From assembly GCF_009914755.1 (NCBI RefSeq), contig NC_060940.1: 64,000 nucleotides of DNA; one strand, given 5' to 3'. Both the position numbers and the translations under genes were made by a program. The notes beneath the pieces are model-generated. The model saw nothing but the letters and a program-made list of their open reading frames with translations. It made no database searches and was not told where the DNA came from. Below are positions 13,124 to 26,080 of the stretch, piece by piece; position 1 is the stretch's first letter, and each line of letters begins with the position of its first letter. The stretch comes from the human T2T-CHM13v2.0 reference genome, Homo sapiens.

Positions 13124-14322
13124 TAATCTCCCAGAATAAAAAATACTATTTTTTCATTAGGGATTTCAAGTGAAGTCTGAAATGTCTCCATGTCCAAACC
13201 TGTCTAATTGACACTTTGACCATTTTTTGGAAAATATCTGTAAGAATTAGTCCTCTTTGTTTTTCTATTTGATCCCACTTCTCCCATGGGAACCTCTCAG
13301 TCAGCTAATGCCCCTCTTCTAACCCACTGCTGACAAAGTATTCTAACAACTGTTCCCTTTTTTTTCTTGTCATGATCTTTGGTATGCCTCAGAAGTCTTT
13401 CCTGGAAAAAAAAAATAAACAATCAACTGGTCTATCATTCATCTTAAAAACAGACAGAAAAGAATGGAAGCAGTCTCTGACTATAAGGCAAGATTAGAAG
13501 TATCCATGCTGAGTCCAGGCATGCAAAATGCTTGGCTTAGTCTTCAGTGGGAACCACTCACTTAGTATTCTAGTTAAAAGACACAGGCTGAGCTGGGAAA
13601 CCACCGATTTAGTCAAATTAGTCTACAAAATATGCCTTTCTGGCATAAGGACTATTTTCAGCTGGTTATTTTGAGACCCTTTTGTAAGAAAGTTTTACAT
13701 CTATACAGAAAATTGTCATTTGAAAGAGTGTCTCCCTCTCTGCACTGGGAAGAGAGGGAGGACTAAGTCACTAGAAACCCTTACAATGGAGAAGGCATTG
13801 GCTTAGATTTACGTAAGACTTACCTTTGTTTAAGATGCTTTTTCTGGCCATCTTGTCTTAACTGGGCCTTAACCTATGCGCTTCTTTCTTGGTTTAGGCA
13901 AATAATAATATTTAGGCCTGAAACCTAAATGCTATGCTTTTGAGATGTAAAATTCCTACCTTGTTTTACCTAAAAGCCATCCATTAGGAAATACAAATTT
14001 AGGATAGAAAAACTTTAGATGGTTATTACAAACAAGATGAGTAAAATGGACAGTTGTGGAGTTAAAAGAAAGTTTTAATACAACACTATTGAAGGTTGGA
14101 TTGACCAAAGGGAGTCCCTGCTAGTCCCCTGACATAAGGCCCCAAATCAGCCTGATCCATTTATCCAAGTTTGGAGAAAGTTAAAAAGCCAAAAAGTAGA
14201 GATAACAATGAACAACATTGCTAACAATGGCTTAGAGAATTAACCAGGCAGGTCAGTTTAGAAAAGGGCACAGGTTCTTTGCCTCAATCTCCTCACTGGA
14301 ATGGGTAAAATGGTCAGGAGAT

Positions 14323-14956
14323 TGTCAATCAAGAAAAATGTTGCAACAAGTCTCAATCATTTTAGGAGCTTTATTTGCCAAAGTTAAGGACATGCACCCA
14401 GGAGGCAGGTCAATGCCTTTCTCCGAAGATGACTTTGAGGGCTCCAAATTTAAAGGGGAAAGGGTGAGATATTAAGATGTACACAATTTTCATGTAAGAG
14501 GCAGGTGGGAAAAATAATCGTCCATGCCTTTGTCTGGCTCAATGAATCTGCATTTTTTTACATAAGACGTCATAGACAAAGGGGGCAGAGCAAAAATGCA
14601 GGGAATCTACATTTTTACATAAGCGAACATAGACAAAATGGGGCAGGGAAACAATCAGGTATGCATTTGTGCCAGGTGGGCGGCGGGGGGTGGTGGGTGA
14701 CTGCACTTGTAAAGATAAGCTATCAATTTACATTGCCATGGTGAATTTTAACAGAAACACCTTAGGGTAAAGATCTTGGAACTTGCTAGGAAATTCTTTA
14801 TGGGCAAAATATGGGGAAGGCATGTAGCTTTTCATTTTGTAGCCACCTTATTTAGGAACCAAAAGGAGGAGGCAGGTTTGCATAACCCAGTTCCCAGCTT
14901 AACTTTTCCCTTGGACTTAATAAGTTTGGGGTCACAAGATTTATTTTGCTTTCACA
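14323..14956 (-). mobile_element. MER4A-like ERV1 solo LTR
   Basis: Minus strand starts tgtgaaagcaaaataaatcttgtgaccccaaacttattaagtccaagggaaaagttaagctgggaactggg and ends ...gattgaca. Confidence 0.85.
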
Positions 14957-15245
14957 AGTTAAAGAAGAGAGATATCCTCACAATAAGTGACTTTTGGGAA
15001 GGATGAAAGGGGTCTTGGAGGAAGACATGATGGTTTGTGGCAAGGTCTGTCTGGATGGGATGAAGTCTCCTCTCCTCTGATAAAAGTTAAACTTCCCTGG
15101 TTGCTGAGACTCCCTGTGGGGAGGACTGATAACAATTAAGTTCCTCTAGGAGAATCTGTCCTTAGGCAGATAAAATGAATTCAGAAAGTCTCACCCTTCT
15201 TACCTATTGATGATCAATACAGCAAAGCAACTTATTTTGGGGTGG
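14957..15245 (-). mobile_element. MER31/MER67-like ERV1 LTR segment, resumes at 17826-17849 after the MST insertion
   Basis: gttcctctaggagaatctgtccttaggcagataa...caaagcaacttattttggggtgg | gatggcatttcctgaactccttca. Confidence 0.55.
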
Positions 15246-17825
15246 TCCAAGCCCATTTTATGTTGCTATAACAGAATATCTGAGACTGGGTAATTTATAA
15301 AGAAAAGAGGTTTACTTACCTCACAGTTTTGCAGGATGGAAGTATGAGAAGCATGGCACCAGCATTCATTCAGCTTCTGATGAGGGCCATGTGCGTGGTC
15401 AAAACATGGCAGAAAAAGGGAAAGCTGACACATGTGAAAAGGTAAAACCCAAGGGGTGTCCTTGCTTTATAACAACCTGCTCTCAAGAAACTAGTCTGTT
15501 CCTATGACAGCAAGAACTCACTGACCCCTACAGGAAGGCATTAATCTATTCATGAGGGATCTGCCCCCATGACCCGAACACCTTCCACCAGGCCCCATCT
15601 CTCAACCCTGCCACATTGGGGATCCAATTTCAATATAATTTTGCCAGGGATAAACCATAGCATTCCATCCCTGGTCCCCCAAAACTTAAGTCATTCTCAC
15701 ATACTAGATAGAATCACTTCACTCCAATAGTCCCAAAAGTCTTAATTCATTTCAGCATCAACTCAAAAGTCCAAAGTCTCATCTGAGACTCAAGGCAAGT
15801 TCCAACTTGAACCTATACAATCAAAAAGAAGTTATTTACTTCCAACATACAATGGTGGAATGACACTGGGTACACATTTCCATTGCAAAAGGGAGAAATT
15901 GGCCAAAAGAATAAAGGAGTAACAGGCCCCATGCAGTTTTGAAATCTAGCAGGGCAGACATTAAATCTTGAAGCTCCAGAATAATCTCTTTTCACTCCAC
16001 ATCTCCTTCAACTACATCCTGGGTACACTGGTGCAAGAGGTGAGTTCCCAAGGCCTAAGGCAGCTGACCCTCACGGCTTTGCTGAGTGCAGACCACATAC
16101 CTACTCACTCTCACAGGTTGGAGTCAAATGCCTGCAGCTTTTCCAGGCCACAGTTGCATGTTTCCAGTGGCTCTATAATTCTGGAGTCCCAGTGGTGGCC
16201 CCACCCCTGCAGTACCATTAGGCATTGCCCAGGTTGGGGCTTTCTGGGATGGCTGTGTCCCTACAGCAGGTTTCTGCCTGGTCTCCCAGGCTTTCCAATA
16301 CACCCTCCAAAATCTAGGTGGAAGCAGCTAAGCCTCCACAGCTCTTGCATTCTGGGCACTTGCAGACTTAACAACACATAGAAGCCCTCAGGCTTATCCC
16401 TTGCGTCCTCCAGAGCAGTGACACAAGCTGCATATGGGGCTGCTTGAGCCACAGCTAGAATAACTGCTGAACACTGTGCTGGAATTTGGGGAGCAGAATC
16501 CTGAGGCAGTGCAGGACAGCAGTGCCCCAAACCTGTGCTCCCAAATCATTCTGCCCTCTCAGGCCTCTGGGATTGTGATGGAAGACGTAGCCCGAAAGAC
16601 TTCTGAAATGCCTTTAGGATGTCTTTTCCATTGTCTTGACAATTAAGGAACTGGCTTCCTTCTATCACTACTAATCTGTTTAGCAACCAGTTACTCAGCC
16701 ACACCCTTGGACTCCATTCCTGAAAATATTCTTTCATTCTCTACCACATGGCCAGGCAACAAATTTTCCAAATTTTTATACTCTGCTTCCTATTTAATTA
16801 TAAGCTCCTCCATTAGGTCTTTCTTTTGCTGCCATAACTGAACATAAGCTGTTAAAAGTAATCACATCTCTTCTTTAGCACTTTGCTGCTTAGAAATTTC
16901 TTCCACCAAATATGCTATTCCATTGCTCTTAAGTTTGGCCTTCCACAAAACCCTAGGACATGAACACAGTGAAGTCAAGTTCTTTGCCACAGTGTAACAA
17001 GAATGGCTTTTTCTCCAGTTCCCAATGTCTTGTTACTCATTTTCATCTGTGGCCCTATCAAAATGGCCTTTACTATCTATATTCCTATCAGCATTTTGGT
17101 CACAACCAGTTAACCAATCTCTAAGGAATTCCAAACTTTCCCTCCTCTTTTTGTCTTCTTCTGTGCCCTCACCAGAATTGTCCTTAATGCTGTATTCACT
17201 GCAATACAGTGTGTTTCTATCTTGCTCCTCCAAACACTTCCAACCTGTGCCCATCACCCAGCTCCATCCAGTTTTTATTGGTATAACAAAATATCTGAGA
17301 ATGGATAATTTATAAAGAAAAAAGGATTTATTTAGCTCATAGTTCTGCAAGATGAAAGTACAAAAACATGTTTCCAGCATCTGCTTGGCTTCTGGTGAGG
17401 GCCATGTGCTGGGTCAAAACATGGCAGAAGAAGTCAAAGAGGAGGTGGACACATGCAAAGAGGCAAAACCCAAGGGGCATCCTCACTTTATAGCAACCTG
17501 CTCTCATGGAAACCAATCCATTTCTGCATTAGTGAAAATTCACCCCTGAGGGAGGGCATTAATCTATGCATGAGAGATTTGCTCCCATGGCCCAAACACT
17601 CCTGTGTCTCCACCTCCCATCACTGCTACATTGGGGATCAATGTTTTTTAAGAGACAGGGTCTCACTTTTTTGCCCAGGCTGTTCTTGAACTCCCAGCTT
17701 CAAGCAGTCCTTCTGTCTTGGTCTCCCAAAGTGCTGGGATTACAGGCATGAACTCCTATACCCCTCCTGGGGATAAAATTTTAACATGAGCTTTGATGGG
17801 GATAAACCACATTCAAACCAGTGTA
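15246..17825 (-). mobile_element. MSTB-like MaLR element with two LTRs and internal region
   Basis: LTRs at ~15246-15662 and ~17265-17825 share ggtcaaaacatggcagaa and gcattaatcta; MaLR internal motif aaagtccaaagtctcatctgagactcaaggcaagttcc; 5-bp TSD ggtgg/gatgg. Confidence 0.85.
17644..17767 (-). mobile_element. Alu monomer (FLAM-like) inside the MST LTR
   Basis: agagacagggtctcact...cccaaagtgctgggattacaggcatga; flanked by tggggatcaa / tggggataaa. Confidence 0.8.
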
Positions 17826-18418
17826 GATGGCATTTCCTGAACTCCTTCAATGGCTATCTTTGCCTAATGGGAAATTCAAACATAACTTTTATAAGTGAAT
17901 AAACCAGGTGAATGTAGATGAGATAAAAGTTTATAAATAAATTTGTCATAGTTTCAAAAATCCTTCTCAGTAACTTGAAATTTTAAAGTTATGTTATGTT
18001 AAATTAAATAGCTGATATTTATGAAATATCTGAGTCATTTCCAAGTTAAAATACTGAAACATTAATTTCTAAACATAAGTTTAAAATACATATACTTCAG
18101 CTTCTTGTTTTTATGTGATATAGAGAAGCTAAATATATTTGGATCTGTTAGTGAACATAAGAAAATTGCTCTCTGAAGAAGCACATGTTTCTAGAAATTA
18201 TGAACTATATATTCATAAAATGTCAGTACATGACAGTTAAAAATTGCTTGTTGGGTTTTCATTAGAATTAAGGCTACAAATAGCTAAAATTCTAATCAAT
18301 ATATGGTCATTAAAAATGGAAATAACAAGGGAAACAACACCATCATGAAATGAAAGTAAAATATGCCTTTGGTAAGGAAAATAGACAAGTATAAGGAAGT
18401 TTAGTTTTATTAAGAAAA

Positions 18419-18840
18419 AATGATAGACTGGATAAAGAAAATGTGGCACATATATACCATAGAATACTATGCAGCCATAAAAACTGATGAGTTCATGTCC
18501 ATTGAAGGGACATGGATGAAGCTGGAAACCATCATTCTCAGCAAGCTACCACAAGAATAGAAAACCAAACACTGCATGTTCTCGCTCATAAGTGGGAGTT
18601 GAACAATGAGAACACATGGACACAGGGAAGGGAACACCACACACCAGGGGGTGGGGGGCTAGGGGAGGGATAGCATTAGGAGAAATACCTAATGTAGATG
18701 GCGGGTTGATGAGTGCAGCAAACCACCATGGCACGTGTATACCTATGTAACAAACCTGCAAGTTCTGCACATGTACCCCAGAACTTAAAGTATAATAATA
18801 AAATAAATAAATAAATAAATGGTTGGAAAACTTAAAAAAA
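18419..18840 (+). mobile_element. 5'-truncated L1PA (L1PA7/8-like) 3' end
   Basis: gatagactggataaagaaaatgtggcacatat...gggatagcattaggagaaatacctaatgtagatg...agaacttaaagtataat; TSD aagaaaaaa. Confidence 0.92.
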
Positions 18841-20233
18841 GAAAAAAGAGAGTAGTTTTGTTCTAAAGTAGAATGACTGGTTGTTCCAAAATGAGAAGAG
18901 GAGAAGTGTAGGACAAAAACTGAATGGACAAGAAAATTGTAGAAAGTTTGTGAAAGATGAATCTTGTGAAATAAATTTTATGTGTAATCAAACTAGCTAA
19001 TATGAGAAAAAATTGTTTGTAAGCTTCTCTAAAAATTGAGCAATAATATAGTGAGGCAAAACCAGAATTTAGTCCTTTCTGTTAAAACAACAAGGTTTTC
19101 TTGGAGTATTGGCCTCTGTTTTTAATAGGAAATTATAAACGGTTTTTCTTTACTTTTTAGGGTAACTGGCCTAGAAAATAAAGATTCTATGTTTTAACAA
19201 GATAATTTTCTGTGCTCCATGTTGTCTTTATTAGGGTTTTGATCACTTAAGAAAACTGAGTTCTCACTATGAAAAGAGCTAACGTTATTCTACAACTTTG
19301 TAACTTTCTGCATTTGCCTTGAAGTCTTTTCATTATCACGTTAAATGAGTGACTGTTGTTTACAATAACCTGTGATTCCATTTTGATTAAGTGTTTTAAC
19401 ACACTTTGGATTTTTCCATACTTCCCAAAAATCAAATTCTAAATTAAGTCTTTTTGGCCTTTTGAACTGTGGGGTTTTCCAAATGGGCCCTTGGAAATGA
19501 TCAAAAGAAAATTGCTCTCTCTTATAAAAGAGATATTAAGCTAATTAGGCTTATTTGATATGGTAAATTATATGGGAAGCATTGTCAAAAAGAAATGATG
19601 TTTTATCTCCTTTGAGCATACTTGCATGAATGTATTATTAATATGTATTTTATAAATTATATAAAATTCATAGAAATCTAAGTCCTGGCATATGGCTATC
19701 AGTCAAAATTCTAGTTATCTTAAATCATTATATGCAAGAGGAATAACTATATCTTTGTCAATTGTGTCATTATTGTAATGAACTCTCCTTGGATCTTTAA
19801 CCATGACTACTTTAAGTCTTATTATTCACAGTTAATTGTTTACTCTGGTACTTTCCTGAGCAACTATAAGCCTAAAGTGTTTCATCTTTAAGAATATTTA
19901 TGGGAAGGACTCTGACAAGTTCAGGTTTCTGATAACTTTAAGGTCATACTATTGGCCTGGGTAAGGATTCCCAGAACTCTAAATGAAGAAACTGACTGGT
20001 TCATGAAACTGCTAACACAGCATCAAGCGGAACAAGAAGCAGTTAAATAAAAGGGAAATGATTTGGCAGATTTTCAGGCTAAGTTAGCCAGTACTGACGT
20101 TGTTAAGATAGTCCATTTAAGTGAACTCCTTATGATTGATCCTCAAATTACCTATGATAACCTATTTAATAAATAGTGCTATGCAACTGAGATGGAGAAA
20201 CAAAATTGGATTTAAGAATCTAGAGTTAAACTC

Positions 20234-21290
20234 ATGAAGAGTTTAGACAGCTACCTGGTTGGCTACCTGGTTCTTTGTGAGTCCTTAAAGCTTCCGTTAT
20301 TAAAAGTTCTGCACTCCATAACTCATCATGGACTAGACAAAATGAGACAAAGTATAGAAAAATATTGGTATGGTGATTTTTCTAAAGTTGCTAAACTGGT
20401 TTATAACCAATGTTTGGTTTGTCAAATCCTAATCTTAAGAAGATAATCAAAGCTTCAAATGGTACATTTCTGCTACCTGATGAGTCATTTGTACATTTAC
20501 AGAGGTATTTTATTCAGTTGCCACCTTCAAAGGGATATGAATATGTTTTTGTAATAGTCTATGTTTTCTGGCTGAACAGAAGCTCTCCATGCAGGAAGAC
20601 CAATACTACAACTGTAAGCAAAAGGTTATTCAAAAATGTGTTTCCTTTATGGGACATTTCCAGAGAAATCTACAGCAATAGAGAGACCCATTTTACTGGG
20701 AAAGCTATAAAGCAATTAAATCAGTTGTTGTTAACATAATGGCACTATCATTGTCCCTGTCATCTGCAGTCTTCTGGGAAGGTTGAAAGAACAAATGGGA
20801 ACTTAAAAACTGAAATTGGCGAAGTTACCTAAATTGATTAGATTGCCTTGGCTAAAGTTATTACCATTGGCCTTAATGGCAACCAGATCCAGCCCCAGTG
20901 GAAAAACATAAGTTGATCCCTTATGAAATAGTCACCAAAAGGCCTATGTTTCTAATAATAAAACCTCATGTATCTCCTGCTCTCCTGAGCTGACATGATT
21001 ACATGCTACAAGGCTTTAATGCATTATGCCAAAGTATATTTTCAACAGGTAAAGGAAGCTTTTCATTGGATATTTTGGAATCATCAGAGAATGACTGCCC
21101 TTGAACTCTGTTGGAAGGGACCATGCCAAATTCTTCTCTGCAGCCAAACTTTAGAGTCTCAAGTCTTAGATCCACATCTTTCAACTCAAAAGGGTCCCTC
21201 CAGACCCTGGGAACTACATACTTTTTAAAAACATTACAGTAAAGCTGACCAGAGAAGGTTTTTCCCCAGAGGCAGACAGCATCTTTGATA
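20234..21290 (+). pseudogene. ERV pol integrase remnant
   Basis: HHCC zinc-binding motif (LHSITHHG...CLVCQ); core-like FVHLQRYFIQLPPSKGYEYVFVIV...NRETHFTG; then HCPCHLQSSGKVERTNG; frameshifts and stops. Confidence 0.85.
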
Positions 21291-21329
21291 TGGACAGCTT
21301 TCCCAAGATCATGGATCAAGACTTCTCTG

Positions 21330-22200
21330 TCATAAAACTCTTATCTTTTTCCTTTTCCCCCTATTTCCTGATGTCCAAATCTCTTCTCGCTCTCTTTTTT
21401 TTTTTTTTTTTTTTTTTTACCAAAAAAAAATCCATGGAACATAATTTGTAGATAGATTTATGGTGTTTGTTAAGGCTTATGTTCTAGCAAAAAAAAAACA
21501 GAGTGACAGTTGGGTTTATGAAGATAAGCTAGTTATCACTGAGGAAAGATTCCAGTGGGATTCCTGGGAACTCACTCTCGGTGGTAGTGGAGTACCAGTA
21601 ATATGAAATTTGAAGCTAATCCACACATTGAAAAAATAACCTTGGACTTTGTGACCAACCAGACCTCTTAAGGGCTCAAATGGGTAGAAGTCACTCTCCA
21701 AAAGGTGGATAATGACATCTAGGTTCAACAAAATTACTTAATGAGACATCATGATTTCTATCTCCTTTTTCCTCAAGCTGGGAGCTTGTGTATGGTACTG
21801 AACAAAATTGAATGTTGTACCTACCTCTCACCTGATTTTGCTACTACAGAAAGCTGAACTATAAAGGTGGCTGATACTGCTGTTTCTTTAGACACTCTAC
21901 CAAATGCATTAAGGGAATTTGTCAAGGGAAAGGAACACATGATGTATTTATAGGAGCAACTAACGGTTGGCAGACATCCTAAGTGGGGATGGCAAACTTG
22001 ACTTTTCCAAGGTTTTCAAATCTTGATGTTCTTCTAGTAAGTCTCCAGTTTACTATGATTTGTATTAAAGGCTAGGAACAAAAGTGGATACCTCATTAAA
22101 TCAGACCATTCTGCAGAGAAAAATGGCCCTGAATTGCCATCATACAATTTGACTATAGCCAAGTGAACTCAAATAATATTGAACTAACTATATTGGCCTG
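21330..22200 (+). pseudogene. ERV env remnant, internally deleted
   Basis: Decayed CWxC-like motif (cag agt gac agt tgg gtt tat at ~21500); TM segment YLLFPQAGSLCMVLNKIECCTYLS at ~21759-21830. Confidence 0.65.
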
Positions 22201-22537
22201 AACTTTGACTTGTGTGATTTAGATCAGTTCAGTTTGTAAGGACTCCTGTTAAGGTATACACTTTGGTCCTTTGGTATTTTCCTCCTGATAGTCATTATAA
22301 TAGTCCCCCTGGTGTTCTCTATTCTGTAAAGTCTAAAGTGTTTGGATACAGCCATCCATCAAGCACTGAGTGATTTTACTTCAACTAAACAAGCAAGAAC
22401 ATAAATAATTATTTAGCTTATGTGATGTCTGACTTGTGAATTCTTACATGGAAACCAAAAGAATCCTTTCATAATGGTTACAGAGTGGCATCAATGCCCA
22501 AAGTTTTGGACAATCTCTCAGCATTGAGAATCTGACC

Positions 22538-22684
22538 AAAGGGGAGAATTGTTCAATGAAACTAAGTGGCCTGAGGATGCTTCCGTACTTGAGTCCTTAT
22601 GTAACTTACATTAGTTACATAAATTAAAGTAGGCTACCTTATGTAACTGAACTGCAACCTACTTTAGTGGGTAAACTGACTGAA
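22538..22684 (+). mobile_element. Polypurine tract and truncated 3' LTR
   Basis: aaaggggagaa then tgttcaatgaaactaag...; aligns to only the first ~95 bp of the 5' LTR, at about 85% by eye. Confidence 0.85.
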
Positions 22685-23074
22685 CATTCTACATAGCAGT
22701 AGCTCATTTATTCTTATCAGGATCCCACTGTATGAAAATACCTTTATTTATTTACTCTACTGTTAATGGACATGTAGGTTGTTCTCAGTTGGAGACTAAT
22801 ACAAATAAGCTGCTCATAGCACCCCTGTATGTGTCCTTAAGGACATATATGTAGATTTTTTTGAATACATAACTGAAAAAGGAATGCCAAGTCATACCTA
22901 GAGTGGTGAATGTTCAGCTTTATCAGATATGGGCAAATTATTTTCCAAAGTGATTCTTTTAATTTATACTTAAGCCAGAAGTGTATGAAAATTTTTATTG
23001 GTCTGTGTCCTCACCAGCACTTGACTTTGTAAGTCTTTTTTAAAATATTCAACCATGTTGATGGGTGACAATAG

Positions 23075-23754
<680 letters not shown>

Positions 23755-24269
23755 TTGTCATGTGCTTATTGGCCATTTGGATATCCTCTTTCATGATGTG
23801 CCCCTTCAAGTCTTTCCCACTTATTTGTATTGTGTTGCTTGCCTATTTTTAATCTGTAGGAGTTCTTTATATGTCCTGATTATTGTATTATAAACATTTT
23901 CCCCCTGTGTTCTGCCTTTTCACTCTTTCAATCTTTTGCCTTTTTAAGAGGAGAGATATAAAGCCCAAAGGGAGGCAACTTGACCAAGATGTCCCAAAAA
24001 GCCAGTGGTACAAAATGGGAGGAAAAGCTCATATGATTCAGGTCCCAAGATACAGCTCTGTGCAGTAAGAAATGATTTTCAAAGAAAACTTGAAAGAATT
24101 AGTGGTAATCAACTTATAATTTTCTTCAAAAAATAATAAAAAATAGTAAAATTGTGTTATGAAAAGTGAAATGCTCATACAAAGAGAAGTGAACTAAGTA
24201 TTGGGACAATCGTGTAAATTATTCAAGCCAAAGGCCTTCAATTATTTATTTTTTAATGCTTCAATTTCT

Positions 24270-24810
24270 TTTAATTTTTTCCAAGTTTCTATTTTGAAAA
24301 ATGTCAAAACTACAGAAAGATGAAAGAATATCATAGTGAAAACATGACTTTTGCTTTATACACACGTGTGTGTGTGTGTATGTAGCTAAACCACTTTAAA
24401 ATAAGTGTCAGACACCATGACACTTTGTTCTCTAATATTTAAGTGTATTTCTATTAACAACAAGGGCATTCTCCTATATATCACTAACACCATTATCATA
24501 TCTAAGGAGTTTAACAGCTAATATTATACAACATTCAGTCATTTTCAAATTTCCTCAGTTTTCCCAAATATATTGTTATGGCTTCTTCTTTTTTTCTTTT
24601 ATCTAGGATCCACTAAAGATCTTACATTTAATTTAGTTGTCACATCTATTTTATCTCTTTTAATCCAGAGCAGTAGCCTTGCCTTTTTGTGGTCACTGAT
24701 GACATTGATGTTTCTGAAGAATCCAGGCCTGTTGTCTCATAGAATGCCCCATGTTCTGGATTTCTCTGATTGCATCATCGTGATTAGATGAAGTTTAAAC
24801 CGTTTTTCTA
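24270..24810 (-). mobile_element. Old L1MC/L1ME-like 3' fragment
   Basis: attttgaaaaatgtcaaaactacagaaag...catgacactttg...tagaatgccccatgttctggatttctctgattgc. Confidence 0.6.
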
Positions 24811-24964
24811 GGAATAACCCATGCTACTTTTACTTGAGTCATCAGTGCTTTTCAGACTTGGAATGTACATTACTGGTGATATGTGGGATGGTTTAAGTAG
24901 CACCAGGATGATTTTAAGTGATACCATGGATAAGACTTTTTTTTAAATTTGGTAACATAACAGT

Positions 24965-26080
24965 TTTATTTTTTATATAACAGTTTTATTTAGATATAAC
25001 TCACAACCATATAATTCACCCATGTAAAATACACAATTCCATGGTTTTTAGTATATTCAGAGTTGTACAATCATAACCACAATTGATTTTAGAACATTTT
25101 CATCCCAAAGAGAAACCTTGTATACTTTAGCCATCACCTCCTAACTACCCTTCATTCCCCTAAAAACATCCCCCGCTCCATCCCTTCCCCCACCTTCACT
25201 CCCCACCTCTTCATCCAACCTCACTCCCCCTTTCCCACTCCCAACCCTAGGCAGCCATTAAGCTACTGTGTCTGGACATTTGCCGTTTGGGGACGGTTCG
25301 TATAAACAGACTACACCATATGCAATCTTTTGTGACTAGCTTCTGTTTTTTTTCTTTATACCACCTGTGGGAGTGACTGGCTTCTTTAACTTAGCATAAT
25401 GTTTTCAAGGCTCATTCATGGGTAGCGTGTATTAGTACTTCATATCCTTTTATTGTTGAATAATGCTGCATTGTATGAATATACCACATTTTATTTATCT
25501 GTTTATTAGTTGATGGGCATTTTGGTTGTTTCACCTTTTGCCTATCATAAATAATACTGCTATAAACATTTGCATAGAAATTTTTTGCATAGAAGTATGT
25601 TTTCAATTTTCTTGGATATTTACCCAGGAGAAGAATTTCTGAGTCATACAATACTCTGTGTTTAACATTTTGAGGAACAACCAGGCTATTTTCCAAAGTG
25701 GCTAAGCCATTTTACATTGCCATTAGCACTGTATGAAGGTTCACATTTTTCCACAACCTCACAAACACTTGTTATTGTCTGCCTTTTTTATTATAGTCAT
25801 CCTAGTTGACATAAGATGGTATCTCATTGCGGTTTTCCTTTGCATTTCCCTGATAGCCAATAATGCTGAGCATCTTTTCATGTGCTTATTGACCACTTCT
25901 AAGTCTTCTTTGGAGAAATGTCTACTCAGATTCTTTGTCCCTATTTTAATTGTTTTATTTGTCTTTTTATTATTGAGTTGTAAGAAGGGTACTTTTTTTT
26001 AATAACAAAACTTACTGCTGTTTCTTTGTTAAGAGTTGCAAATACTTCTTCCCAGTTGGTTGTTTCCTTATTTTTCCCTC
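24965..26080 (-). mobile_element. L1MB-like 3' region
   Basis: tttatttagatataactcacaaccatataattcacccatgtaaaatacacaattc...ttagcataatgttttcaaggctcattcatg. Confidence 0.8.
25345..25372 (-). other. Tiny poly(A)-tailed retro-insertion with ~13-15 bp TSD
   Basis: gtgactagcttct [gttttttttctttataccacctgtggga] gtgactggcttcttt/aa. Confidence 0.6.

Noticed and set aside
20234-21830. Possible domesticated integrase or syncytin-like env
   Set aside because: There are multiple frameshifts and stops, integrase catalytic Asp positions appear mutated, and env lacks most of SU.
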